Source of the DNA: an uncultured Bacillales bacterium
GTDB lineage: Bacteria > Bacillota_I > Bacilli_A > RFN20 > CAG-826
Assembly (NCBI GenBank): GCA_903845135.1
Contig: CAIMWL010000025.1
Coordinates: 528 to 64,527, forward strand
Reading direction: 5' to 3'
DNA length: 64,000 bases
The position numbers and the translations under genes were made by a program. Shown one piece after another: positions 52,413 to 62,122 of the stretch. The notes beneath the pieces were generated by a model. It had not been told where the DNA came from. It saw only the letters and a program-made list of their open reading frames with translations, and did not search any database. Each line of letters starts with the position of its first letter. Within the stretch, counting starts at the first letter, position 1.

Positions 52413-52991
52413 ATGAAGCAAGGTTTATTAATTATATTGAGTGGTCCTTCTGGAGTGGGTAAAGGCACCATTCGTAAAAGAATTATGCTAGATCCCTCTC
52501 TGAATTTGATTTATTCAGTCTCAATGACAACAAGAAAGATTAGACCAGGAGAAGAGGATGGCAAAGATTACTTTTTTGTTAGTCAAGAAACCTTCCAAAA
52601 GAACATCAACGACAATCAATTTTTAGAATGGGCCGAGTTTGTTGGCAATCGGTATGGCACACCCAAAGCAGAAATTCAAAAGTTAAGGCAAGCAGGCAAA
52701 AACGTCCTACTCGAAATCGAAATCAATGGCGCGAAGCAAGTGATCTCGAAAGCAACAGGACCTGGTTTAGTGACCATTTTTTTGATGCCTCCATCATTTG
52801 AGGCTTTAGAAACAAGAATTCGTAAACGAAAAACTGAATCAGAAGCAATCATTCAAGAACGTCTTGCAAAGGCAAGAAGAGAAATGAATCTTCATCATGA
52901 TTATCAATACTTAGTTGTCAATGACGATGTTGAGAAAACCAGTCAACAAATTATTGACATTATTAAAGAAAGAATGTCATCAATGCAATGA
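52413..52991 (+). CDS. gmk: Guanylate kinase
   Basis: Motifs GPSGVGKGT, SVSMTTRKIRPGEEDGKDYFF and YGT. Confidence 0.95.
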   Translation: MKQGLLIILSGPSGVGKGTIRKRIMLDPSLNLIYSVSMTTRKIRPGEEDGKDYFFVSQETFQKNINDNQFLEWAEFVGNRYGTPKAEIQKLRQAGKNVLLEIEINGAKQVISKATGPGLVTIFLMPPSFEALETRIRKRKTESEAIIQERLAKARREMNLHHDYQYLVVNDDVEKTSQQIIDIIKERMSSMQ

Positions 52992-55192
52992 ATAAGACCT
53001 ATTTACTTGAGGTCTTTATCGAGCATCAATTACAACAACTTAATCGCCCTTTTACCTATACTTATCAAGGTAGCCTTATCCCCGAGAAAGGCATACGTGT
53101 TAAGGTTCCATTTCGGCAACAATCTTTAATTGGATATGTCACTGGCATTAACGTCATTGAAGATATCAATGCCTATCAAGCTTCAAGTCCCTATCCCATT
53201 TTAAATATCACGGAAATCTTAGATGAAAAGCCCATACTATCTGCTGAACTTTTGTTGTTGGTTGATGAATTAGCAGCCCAACAATTTTCATCAAAAATAG
53301 GTTTACTTCAGGCCATGCTACCGCCTTCATTATTTCCGAGTAAACAAAGTCAACGTAGCCCTAAAGTCGCTTATGAGGACTGGTTAATCTTCACGAATGA
53401 ACCTGTGATAGCCAAATTAAACGCTAAACAAAAAAATTGGTGGATTTCAGTCAAAGATAACAAAAAGATAAGAACCCATGATATTAAGAGCAAAGCGGCC
53501 ATCCAATTTTTCCTTGATCAAGGTCTTGCCAAAATTGAAAAGGTAGAAAAACGACGCTTTGATTTTAAACCCTTAAAAGTTGAGGCCAAACCAATCCTTT
53601 CTATGGATCAACAAGAGGTGGTGAATCAAATTAATCTCAGTTCTCAAAAGATTTTTCTGCTTGAAGGGGTCACTGGTAGTGGTAAAACTGAGGTTTACTT
53701 AACTTTATCGGAACAAGTAATTAAAGAAAATAAAACCGTGCTGATGATTGTTCCGGAAATTGCCTTAACCCCAATTATGATGAGTTATTACCATCAACGT
53801 TTTGGTGAAAAGGTTGCGATTTTACATTCAGGTTTAACACCAGCAGAAAAATTTGATGAATATCGAAGAATTTTACGAGGTGAAGTTTTCGTTGTAGTTG
53901 GCGCTCGCTCGGCAATTTTTGCGCCTTTAAAAAACCTTGGATTAATTTTGCTAGATGAAGAACATTCAGAAACCTACAAACAAGACAACTCACCTTATTA
54001 TCATGCTCGTGAAATTGCACTTTGGAGAAGGCAATTTCACAATTGCCAATTGGTAATGGGTTCGGCCACGCCTTCATTAGAAACTCGGGCTAGAGCCCAA
54101 AAAGGAATTTATCAACATTTACGCTTATCTAAAAGAATCTTTGAACAATCCTTACCCAAAACCACCATAGTCGATATGAATCAAACTCAAAACCTTTCTG
54201 GGTTTGATAGTATTTTTTCGCAACGTTTATTAGATGGCATTCAACTTCGATTACAACAAAAAGAACAAGTGATTTTATTGGTCAATCGTCGCGGATATGC
54301 TCAAAGTATTGTCTGTCGGCAATGCGAATTTCGCTTTACTTGCCCGAGTTGTCAAGTTTCATTAGCGTATCACGCTCAAATCAATAGCTTAAAGTGTCAT
54401 TATTGTGACCATCTAGAATCTTTACCTCATCAATGTCCATCATGTCAAGGACAGCAATTAATGAAAGAAGGTTTCGGAACGGAAAAAGTCGTCAGTTCCC
54501 TGCAACGTTTATACCCAGAAGCGATCATCGCCAGACTTGATACTGACATGGCCAGCGTTCGCTCAAATCCAACCCAGATTCTCAAAAAATTTCAAGATAA
54601 ACAGATAGATATTTTAGTTGGAACTCAGATGGTTGCAAAAGGTCATGATTTTCCCAACGTTACTTTGGTTGGGGTGATGCTCGCAGATTTAGGATTACAT
54701 GTTCCTCATTATCGCGCGACGGAAAGGACCTTTCAGCTCATTGCCCAAGTTGTTGGTAGAACCGGCAGAGGTTTCCAACCAGGCGAAGCAATCATCCAAA
54801 CGACGATGCCAAATCATTACGCAATTCAACTAGGCGCAAAACAGGATTATGCTTCTTTTTATAACCAAGAAATGAAAGAAAGAAAATTGAGACAGTATCC
54901 TCCTTTTACATTTTTAGCACGATTTGAATTAACGAGTAAAGATCAAAATCTTCTAGATGAAGTTGCGTTAGAATTAACGCAGTCTTTGAAAAATCAATTA
55001 GAGCAAATTGCAGAAGTGATTGGTCCCAATATTCCTTATCCAGAATTTTTTGCCGGCGTTTTCCGAAGAAGGATATTGTTAAAGTATAAAAAGTATCAAT
55101 TATTGCAACCAATTTTACAAACCATTTATCCTTTATTGCTTACCAAAAAAACGGTTAAAATTTTACTCAATATTGATCCATATGATATCTGA
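52988..55192 (+). CDS. priA: Primosomal protein N' (replication restart helicase PriA)
   Basis: Motifs GVTGSGKTEVY, LDEEH and a Cys-rich zinc module (CRQCEFRFTCPSCQ...CHYCDH...CPSC). ATGA overlap with gmk. Confidence 0.93.
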   Translation: MNKTYLLEVFIEHQLQQLNRPFTYTYQGSLIPEKGIRVKVPFRQQSLIGYVTGINVIEDINAYQASSPYPILNITEILDEKPILSAELLLLVDELAAQQFSSKIGLLQAMLPPSLFPSKQSQRSPKVAYEDWLIFTNEPVIAKLNAKQKNWWISVKDNKKIRTHDIKSKAAIQFFLDQGLAKIEKVEKRRFDFKPLKVEAKPILSMDQQEVVNQINLSSQKIFLLEGVTGSGKTEVYLTLSEQVIKENKTVLMIVPEIALTPIMMSYYHQRFGEKVAILHSGLTPAEKFDEYRRILRGEVFVVVGARSAIFAPLKNLGLILLDEEHSETYKQDNSPYYHAREIALWRRQFHNCQLVMGSATPSLETRARAQKGIYQHLRLSKRIFEQSLPKTTIVDMNQTQNLSGFDSIFSQRLLDGIQLRLQQKEQVILLVNRRGYAQSIVCRQCEFRFTCPSCQVSLAYHAQINSLKCHYCDHLESLPHQCPSCQGQQLMKEGFGTEKVVSSLQRLYPEAIIARLDTDMASVRSNPTQILKKFQDKQIDILVGTQMVAKGHDFPNVTLVGVMLADLGLHVPHYRATERTFQLIAQVVGRTGRGFQPGEAIIQTTMPNHYAIQLGAKQDYASFYNQEMKERKLRQYPPFTFLARFELTSKDQNLLDEVALELTQSLKNQLEQIAEVIGPNIPYPEFFAGVFRRRILLKYKKYQLLQPILQTIYPLLLTKKTVKILLNIDPYDI

Positions 55193-55249
55193 GCTTTTCA
55201 TATCATTTTTAAGCTTTTTAGATTAAAATATGATAGACGAGGATAAATC

Positions 55250-55747
55250 ATGCACATCGAAATTTTTGGATTAGACAAATATGTTGTATCGACGTTAAGT
55301 CATGATTTGCACAAACCCATTATTCAATTAACTAAAATTGACGAAAATAATTTGTTCTTTTCTGTCCATGAAACGTTGTTATTTCATGCTGGTGTCGATC
55401 AGAATGCTTGGCACACCTATATTAAAATTTCTATGCCTGAATCTTTGTTTCCATTTCAAGAAGCATTAAGAACGCTGATCACAGCGGCCCTAAAAGATCA
55501 AACCATTCATATTCATTTTGAGTTTATTCTGCAAAAAGCGAATACGATTTTTACCTATATTCAAAATGGCTATCCGATGTTTGTAAGTGAAAGCAATCAA
55601 GTAAAAATTGATTCAAACGTTGAAGACGAGGCCATTGATAAAAAATCTGAAATCTATCACGGAAATATTTTTGCTGGTAAGGAATCGGAATTAGATAAAC
55701 TTGAACAAAGCTTACCGGCGAAAAGCAAAAAAAAGAAAGTTGCTTAA
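55250..55747 (+). CDS. Hypothetical cytoplasmic protein (165 aa)
   Basis: Good coding look and position in the operon, with no motif I can assign. Lys-rich tail (AKSKKKKVA). Confidence 0.4.
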   Translation: MHIEIFGLDKYVVSTLSHDLHKPIIQLTKIDENNLFFSVHETLLFHAGVDQNAWHTYIKISMPESLFPFQEALRTLITAALKDQTIHIHFEFILQKANTIFTYIQNGYPMFVSESNQVKIDSNVEDEAIDKKSEIYHGNIFAGKESELDKLEQSLPAKSKKKKVA

Positions 55748-55764
55748 ATTAAGATTAATTCCCC

Positions 55765-57021
55765 ATGATTGAATTCACATTAGTAAGTCAAATACTCCAC
55801 AAAATTATCCATGAGAAAGTTCAATTTTCTGATGCCTTAAAATTGGGTTTATTAAATGCTAGCAAATCAATCTCCCAAGGTTTAATTCGTTCATTAACAA
55901 GCTGTGAACTACATCATCATCGGTTATTGGTTCACCTTTGCGACCGTTTTATATCTGAGTTGCCAGTAGAAGATCGATATGTTGTACAAACGGCTATCGG
56001 TAATAATGTTTTTGTTAAACGAATTCCGCATGAGGCCACTATCCTCTTTCTCAAAGCCTTTTTGGGCGAAAAAAAGATTGCTCAGGATCGAATCGATTCG
56101 GTTATTAATTTAGCGGCTCCTGGAAGAAATTTAATTGATCCTTCCATCAAGGAAAACTCAGTAACCTACTTGGGCATAAAATACAATACACCCGATTGGT
56201 TGGTGCAAATGTGGATTAAACATTTTGGGTTTCCACTCACCCTTAAAATTTTATCTACGAATAATAAACCTGTTTTGCAAGCCTGCCGCGTGAACACTAT
56301 AAAGATTTCTACAGAAAAATTGATTGAGCGCTATCCTGAACTGATTGCCACGCCCGTTGAGGATACCGTGATCTATCAAGGCAAAGAACCGTTAAAAAAT
56401 CATCCAGCCTACGCCAAAAATTTAATCTTTCAACAAAGACTTGCCGTTACCGATATCGTGAAACAATTTAGTTTTGATAATGTTAAAGGTGAAATGTTAT
56501 TGGTCGAAACAAGACCTCAAGCTTTATATTTAGAATTGCCAATTTATACCGAACAACAAATTAAAATCAATATTGTGACCAATTCAGTTGAAAGAAAGCT
56601 CGCCATGCAAAAATCATTACAAGCTTTTGAATTACAAAACGTTTCATTATATGAATCTGAACCCAAAGGTTTAATTACCCATTTATCAAAACCGCAAGAC
56701 GTCGTCATGGTGGTTCCGCAATGTTCTAAATTTGACTTAATTCGTTCACTTCCGGATTTTTTCTTTCAATTTCAACAAGAAGAACTTGATTTGCTCATTC
56801 AAAATCAACATGCGGCTATTCATGAAGCGAGTCAATTTGTAGAGGAAGGTGGTTTACTATTTTATGGCGTCAACACGCTTAATCATAAAGAAGGAAAGTA
56901 CTTAATTGCCGATTTCTTGTCAACGCATTCAGCATTTAAGTTAATTCAAGAATTTCAATATTTCCCTTTTGATAAACTAAATACAGCATTGTATGTTGCA
57001 GCAATGAGAAAGCAAAAATAA
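55765..57021 (+). CDS. RsmB/Sun-like protein with degenerate methyltransferase motifs
   Basis: NusB-like N-terminus and the RsmB position upstream of rlmN. MLLVETRPQALY replaces DxCAAPGGKT. VVPQCSKFDLIRSLPDF keeps the PC-Cys. LLFYGVNTLNHKEG replaces (Y/S)TCS. Confidence 0.6.
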   Translation: MIEFTLVSQILHKIIHEKVQFSDALKLGLLNASKSISQGLIRSLTSCELHHHRLLVHLCDRFISELPVEDRYVVQTAIGNNVFVKRIPHEATILFLKAFLGEKKIAQDRIDSVINLAAPGRNLIDPSIKENSVTYLGIKYNTPDWLVQMWIKHFGFPLTLKILSTNNKPVLQACRVNTIKISTEKLIERYPELIATPVEDTVIYQGKEPLKNHPAYAKNLIFQQRLAVTDIVKQFSFDNVKGEMLLVETRPQALYLELPIYTEQQIKINIVTNSVERKLAMQKSLQAFELQNVSLYESEPKGLITHLSKPQDVVMVVPQCSKFDLIRSLPDFFFQFQQEELDLLIQNQHAAIHEASQFVEEGGLLFYGVNTLNHKEGKYLIADFLSTHSAFKLIQEFQYFPFDKLNTALYVAAMRKQK

Positions 57022-57022
57022 T

Positions 57023-58072
57023 ATGGAAAGTATCTTTGGACAAACCTTAGTTCAATTAGAAAATACCCTTGAATCTTGGGGACAAAAGGCCTTTTATGGC
57101 AGTGTCATTTACGATTGGATTTATCAAAAGAAAATTCGAAATTTCCAAGCGATGTCTAACTTGAGCCTTGAACTAAGACAAGCGCTTGAAAAACATTTTC
57201 ATTTTCAATTACCTGTCATTCATGTTCGGCGTGATTCATTAGATCGGACTGTTAAATTACTTTTAAAACTTGAAGATGGATTTTTAATTGAAGCGGTTTT
57301 AATGCGCTACAACTATGGCAATGTCATCTGTGTTACCACGCAGGTGGGATGCAATATTGGCTGTTCTTTTTGTGCATCAGGCTTATTAAAACGTCAACGA
57401 AATTTAACCGCGGGAGAAATGATTGCTCAGATCGTCGTCATGAATGACCTTTTAGATGCCGAAGGTCGAAAAGAAAGAGTGAGTCATATTGTGGCGATGG
57501 GAACAGGTGAACCTTTTGATAATTATGACCATGTGATGAATTTTATTCGCATTGCTAATCATAATAAGGCCCTAGCAATTGGCGCTCGTCATATTACGGT
57601 TTCCACCTCTGGTTTTCCCGAAAAAATCAAGCAATACGGGCATGAACCTTTGCAAATTAACTTAGCAGTTTCTTTGCATGCTCCAACCAATGAAATTCGC
57701 ACACGATTGATGAAAATTAATCAAGCCTTCCCTTTAGAAAAGCTCATTCCTGCGATTCAAGATTATCAAACCAATTCAGGTCGGCGCATTACCTTTGAAT
57801 ATATTTTGATTGAAGGCATCAATGATCAAATTGAGCATGCCATTCAGTTAGCGGCTTTAATTAAAGATCTATTTTGTTATGTCAATTTAATTCCTTACAA
57901 CGCGGTGATGGAGAATGAATATCGTCGCCCCCATCCTCAAGCGGTGAATGCGTTTATGTCAAAATTAATTGAACTTGGCATCAATGCAACCGTACGAAAA
58001 GAATTTGGTCATGATATCGAAGCAGCATGTGGACAATTGAGGGCAAAACATAAGCATGAAGAAACGCGGTAG
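57023..58072 (+). CDS. rlmN: 23S rRNA/tRNA (adenine-C2)-methyltransferase RlmN (radical SAM)
   Basis: Motifs CNIGCSFCASG (CxxxCxxC), GTGEP and a C-terminal catalytic Cys (EAACGQL). Confidence 0.95.
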   Translation: MESIFGQTLVQLENTLESWGQKAFYGSVIYDWIYQKKIRNFQAMSNLSLELRQALEKHFHFQLPVIHVRRDSLDRTVKLLLKLEDGFLIEAVLMRYNYGNVICVTTQVGCNIGCSFCASGLLKRQRNLTAGEMIAQIVVMNDLLDAEGRKERVSHIVAMGTGEPFDNYDHVMNFIRIANHNKALAIGARHITVSTSGFPEKIKQYGHEPLQINLAVSLHAPTNEIRTRLMKINQAFPLEKLIPAIQDYQTNSGRRITFEYILIEGINDQIEHAIQLAALIKDLFCYVNLIPYNAVMENEYRRPHPQAVNAFMSKLIELGINATVRKEFGHDIEAACGQLRAKHKHEETR

Positions 58073-58799
58073 TTTTGCCTTTAAAACTGATATTGGCAAG
58101 GTGAGAACCAGCAATGAGGATCAAGTGGTGGCGATGGTCAATCGCCATCAGGATGTTTTGCTAGGGGTTGCAGATGGGATGGGTGGTCATGCCCGTGGCG
58201 ATCTTGCTAGTCGCTTAGCGATGCAATCCTTAATCAAAGGTTTTAAAAATACATTTGGTTTATTAACTTCTAAAACTGCCACCCTTTGGTTACGGCAACA
58301 AGTGGTGCAAGCAAACCGCACGATCTATCAAGAAGCCCAAAAAAGTTCATCTTTAAAGGAAATGGGCACAACGCTTGTCATCGCCTTAATCGTCAATAAA
58401 GACTTAATCATCTTAAACATAGGCGATTCTAGAGTCTATCTCTTTGAAGGTCAACAATTAACGCAGGCTACAGAAGATCAAACCTATGTCGAATATTTGT
58501 TCCGGCAAGGAAAAATAACAGAAGCGCAAAAAGCGAATCACCCGCAACGACATGTTTTACTCAATGCTTTAGGTCTCAATACCTCCGTTTCCTATGATGT
58601 CAAAATTATTCCCTATACCGGACAAACGATTCTTGTTTGTAGTGACGGCTTGTATAACAATCTTACCGAAGGTGAATTATCAAGTATCATTCGTTCAAAA
58701 GACACCCCTCAACAAAAGGTGGATTCATTGATTAACTTAGCGAATGCCAATGGCGGAAATGACAATATTGCCGTGGCAATTTGGGAATCTGAAACATGA
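58056..58799 (+). CDS. stp: PP2C-family Ser/Thr phosphatase (Stp/PrpC)
   Basis: Motifs RTSNEDQ, VADGMGGHARGD, CSDGL and GGNDNIAV. Confidence 0.92.
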   Translation: MKKRGSFAFKTDIGKVRTSNEDQVVAMVNRHQDVLLGVADGMGGHARGDLASRLAMQSLIKGFKNTFGLLTSKTATLWLRQQVVQANRTIYQEAQKSSSLKEMGTTLVIALIVNKDLIILNIGDSRVYLFEGQQLTQATEDQTYVEYLFRQGKITEAQKANHPQRHVLLNALGLNTSVSYDVKIIPYTGQTILVCSDGLYNNLTEGELSSIIRSKDTPQQKVDSLINLANANGGNDNIAVAIWESET

Positions 58800-59686
58800 T
58801 TAAAGATTTCGATATCATTGATGAACGCTACCGCATCATTAAAGAAATAGGCGAAGGTGGATTTGCCTATGTTTATCAAGCTGAAGATTTAATTACAGGT
58901 AAAGAAATCGCTTTAAAAATTATTAAAGAAAATGCGATTAAATCAAAAGATAATGTCACTCGATTTGAAAGGGAAGCACGCGCTTCCGCTTCCTTAAATC
59001 ACCCTAATATTGTTCGGGTGATCAATATTGGTTACCATCAAAACTTACCCTATATGGCCTCGGAATTGATTAAAGGCAAAACCTTAAGAGGGTTGTTGGA
59101 TGAACAAAAACGATTTAGTTTTAAGCAAGCTTGTGAAATGATGTATCAACTTTGTGACGCAGTTGCCTTCGCCCATAACTCCTTGGTTATCCATCGCGAT
59201 ATTAAACCTGATAATGTTTTTTTAACCCCTGATGAAACAATCAAACTCGGTGATTTTGGCATTGCTTTTTTTGAGAATTCTCGTCGCGTCACTAAAAGTC
59301 AAGTGATCATTGGGTCGGTTCATTACTTACCACCCGAAGTAACCAACGGGCAATCCCCAACTTTCAAAAGCGACATTTATTCTTTAGGGATTACGTTTTT
59401 TGAGTTGATCACCGGCAAAGTCCCTTATGAAGGGAACAATCAAATTACGGTGGCGATGCGCCATATCAAAGAAAGATTTCCATCCCCTAGACAATGGATT
59501 CCTTCAACCCCAAGAATCATCGAAAATATTATTCTCAAAGCCTGCAGAAAAAATCCAAATGACCGATATCGATCGGTCCTGGAATTCCAAAGGGATATTA
59601 AAGAATGTCTAGATCATCCTAAATTAATAACCCCAAAACGATCGTTCTGGGCAAAATTACTGGGATTAAAAGTAGATGAAGTATGA
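58796..59686 (+). CDS. prkC: Hanks-type Ser/Thr kinase, kinase domain only (no TM, no PASTA)
   Basis: Motifs GEGGFAYVY...ALKII, HRDIKPDN, DFGIA and YLPPE. The ORF stops ~25 aa after the kinase core. ATGA overlap with both neighbours. Confidence 0.9.
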   Translation: MIKDFDIIDERYRIIKEIGEGGFAYVYQAEDLITGKEIALKIIKENAIKSKDNVTRFEREARASASLNHPNIVRVINIGYHQNLPYMASELIKGKTLRGLLDEQKRFSFKQACEMMYQLCDAVAFAHNSLVIHRDIKPDNVFLTPDETIKLGDFGIAFFENSRRVTKSQVIIGSVHYLPPEVTNGQSPTFKSDIYSLGITFFELITGKVPYEGNNQITVAMRHIKERFPSPRQWIPSTPRIIENIILKACRKNPNDRYRSVLEFQRDIKECLDHPKLITPKRSFWAKLLGLKVDEV

Positions 59687-60534
59687 CCGGGACGATTGTA
59701 AATTTAGATTTTGGCAAATATTTAGTCTATAACGACGATCGCATTTATTCTTGTCATCTGCGTAAAACCGATAAATTATCATTAAAACCAGTGGTAGGTG
59801 ATCAGGTTGACTTTGATGAAAAAAATAGCATTATCACTGCCATTCACCCCCGTCATACTTTTATTAAACGCCCAAGGGTGAGTAATCTCAGCGATTTGAT
59901 TATTGTCTCAAGTTTAGTGGAACCTGCTTACTCTTTTTTTCTCCTTGCTAAGTTCATCAGTTTTGGCCGATATTATAATTTAAACATCACCAATATCATA
60001 TCCAAAATCGACCAAGGAAACATTCAAGACTATCACCAAGATTTTACCTACCTGGAACAACACGGTTTCAAGGTGCTATTTTTTGATAAACATCATCCTG
60101 ATCTTCAAGCCTTAATCAAGCTAATGGGTCCAAAAAAAGTGATTGCGTTTGCTGGGCAAACCGGGGTGGGGAAATCAACCATCATTAATACATTAAATCC
60201 ATTATTCTCTCGACAAATTGGCACCTATTCAGAAGCATTGGGACGGGGTAAACATCAAACCAAAGAGGTGGTCTTATTACCATGGCATGGTGGGTTTATT
60301 GCCGACACCCCAGGATTTTCCTCCTTGGAATTACCGATGTTAAAAAGTGATCTGGCCAAAGTCTTTCCAGGTTTTGAAGAGCAATTTTCCAAGTGTAAGT
60401 TTTTTAATTGTACCCATCAACATGAACCTGGATGCCAGATTCTTCAAGCAGTAAAAAATGGTAAAATCCCATTAGATATCTATCAAGATTACCTTAAGAT
60501 GTTAGCGCCATTACCAGAACAAAAGGAGTATTAA
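59683..60534 (+). CDS. rsgA: Ribosome small-subunit biogenesis GTPase RsgA
   Basis: Motifs ISKID (NKxD-like), AGQTGVGKST, DTPGF and the zinc knuckle CKFFNCTHQHEPGC. Confidence 0.93.
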   Translation: MTGTIVNLDFGKYLVYNDDRIYSCHLRKTDKLSLKPVVGDQVDFDEKNSIITAIHPRHTFIKRPRVSNLSDLIIVSSLVEPAYSFFLLAKFISFGRYYNLNITNIISKIDQGNIQDYHQDFTYLEQHGFKVLFFDKHHPDLQALIKLMGPKKVIAFAGQTGVGKSTIINTLNPLFSRQIGTYSEALGRGKHQTKEVVLLPWHGGFIADTPGFSSLELPMLKSDLAKVFPGFEEQFSKCKFFNCTHQHEPGCQILQAVKNGKIPLDIYQDYLKMLAPLPEQKEY

Positions 60535-60537
60535 TGC

Positions 60538-61200
60538 ATGAAAAAGATCTTTATCGCCCCATCCTTACTTGCCAGTAATTTTCTTTCATTAGACACGGAG
60601 GTTAAACGTGTTATTGAGGCAAAAGCCGACTATCTCCATTATGACGTGATGGATGGCCATTTCGTTCCCAATATTTCTTTTGGTTTGCCAATTGTTCAAG
60701 CGATTACTTCTCAATTTTCCATTGTCCATGACGTGCATTTAATGATTTCAAATCCTGCTAATTATTTTGAAGCTTTTGCTAAAGCCGGTGCCAATATCAT
60801 TACTTTTCATTATGAAACTGCAAAAGATACGCAAACGATTTTGGCATGGGTCAAACAATTACATCAGCTCGGGGTTAAAGCTGGCATCAGCATTAAACCT
60901 CAAACCAAGGTTGAAGTATTAAAACCTTTACTCGGGGTTCTTGATCTATTTTTAGTAATGTCAGTGGAACCAGGTTTTGGTGGACAAGTATTTATGCCTG
61001 CCGCTTTAGAAAAAATTAAATGGCTTCGCCAACAACTTCATAACTCTAAGTTAACCGGTCTTATTGAAGTGGACGGGGGTATTAATCTAGAGACCGCGAA
61101 ATCTTGTATCGATGCTGGCGTTGATATCCTCGTCGTTGGTAGTTATTTATTCAAACAATCTCATTTTTCTAAAACGATCAAACAACTCAAGCATGAATGA
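60538..61200 (+). CDS. rpe: Ribulose-phosphate 3-epimerase
   Basis: Motifs HYDVMDGHFVPN, MSVEPGFGGQ and EVDGGIN. Confidence 0.95.
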   Translation: MKKIFIAPSLLASNFLSLDTEVKRVIEAKADYLHYDVMDGHFVPNISFGLPIVQAITSQFSIVHDVHLMISNPANYFEAFAKAGANIITFHYETAKDTQTILAWVKQLHQLGVKAGISIKPQTKVEVLKPLLGVLDLFLVMSVEPGFGGQVFMPAALEKIKWLRQQLHNSKLTGLIEVDGGINLETAKSCIDAGVDILVVGSYLFKQSHFSKTIKQLKHE

Positions 61201-61855
61201 ATCTTTAATCTGGATGCTTTGGATCTTGACCTTTATTTTAGGAGCAGGATATTTATACTTTGGCTGCAATCAATTTAAAAAAATCAATCAAAAGGCATAT
61301 GTTTTTTATCATCATTTACCCTTTGAACTTCACCAAAAGCCTTTGGCTTTTCAATTTACCTTTCAACCATTAAACGGATTATTGATTTCTTTTTTAGTAG
61401 CTTTATTTGCCTATTGGGAAGGATTATTTGTTTATCCAAACCAACCCTTGACCTATCTTTTACTAAGTTTAATGATTATTTTTTTAATATCGACGATGGG
61501 AATGTTTACTTTCCAACCTAAAAGAATCGAAATCTATCTTGCCTTGGTTACGTTGTTTCTGGTGAGTGTCGTTGCCATCTTATTATTAAGTAGTTACCTG
61601 ATTTTTATGTCACCTTATAATCGATTACAAACCTTTTTGCCATGGACAACTCTGGCCCAAGGTGTTTTTCAATTAATCTTGGTTTTAAACCCAAAACTTA
61701 CCGATTGGGCTTTGCTAGAAAAAATGGAGAGTGGAAATGAAAAACCACTGTATCGTCGACCAACTTTTTTTGTGATGGCCTACACGCAGTGGTTATCGTT
61801 AGCGAATATGATGCTGTGGGTTTTCTTAACCCAAGTCGAATGGATTATCGGGTAG
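61193..61855 (+). CDS. Polytopic membrane protein, function unknown
   Basis: About 220 aa with ~6 hydrophobic segments. ATG 61193 overlaps the rpe end by 8 nt. The ORF-track start at 61112 would lie deep inside rpe. Confidence 0.5.
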   Translation: MNESLIWMLWILTFILGAGYLYFGCNQFKKINQKAYVFYHHLPFELHQKPLAFQFTFQPLNGLLISFLVALFAYWEGLFVYPNQPLTYLLLSLMIIFLISTMGMFTFQPKRIEIYLALVTLFLVSVVAILLLSSYLIFMSPYNRLQTFLPWTTLAQGVFQLILVLNPKLTDWALLEKMESGNEKPLYRRPTFFVMAYTQWLSLANMMLWVFLTQVEWIIG

Positions 61856-62039
61856 CTTGATTTTTCATCAAGGTTCGATAAGCACGGGCAGACATCTTTA
61901 CTGTTTTTGTAATCCCATTTTCAGTAATTTGATATTTTTGTAAATTTAAATTCCAAGTTCTACGGGTTGCACGTAAACTATGAGAACGAGCATTACCGCT
62001 CATCGGGCCGCGACCTGATACTGCACACACTCTTGCCAT
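61845..62039 (-). CDS. rpmB: 50S ribosomal protein L28
   Basis: MARVCAVSGRGPMSGNARSHSLRATRRTWNLNLQK. GGAGGA RBS. Confidence 0.95.
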   Translation of the reverse strand: MARVCAVSGRGPMSGNARSHSLRATRRTWNLNLQKYQITENGITKTVKMSARAYRTLMKNQATR

Positions 62040-62122
62040 AAATTGATTCCTCCAGACAACGTGCTAATCTTACCATTGCTATGGTAAATTTGCAACGATT
62101 TTCACCCCAATTATGTTAGAAT

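Noticed and set aside
61112-61192. Upstream extension of the membrane-protein ORF into rpe.
   Set aside because: The extension would overlap 89 nt of the conserved rpe C-terminus in another frame. ATG 61193 gives a normal 8-nt overlap and starts at the first TM segment.
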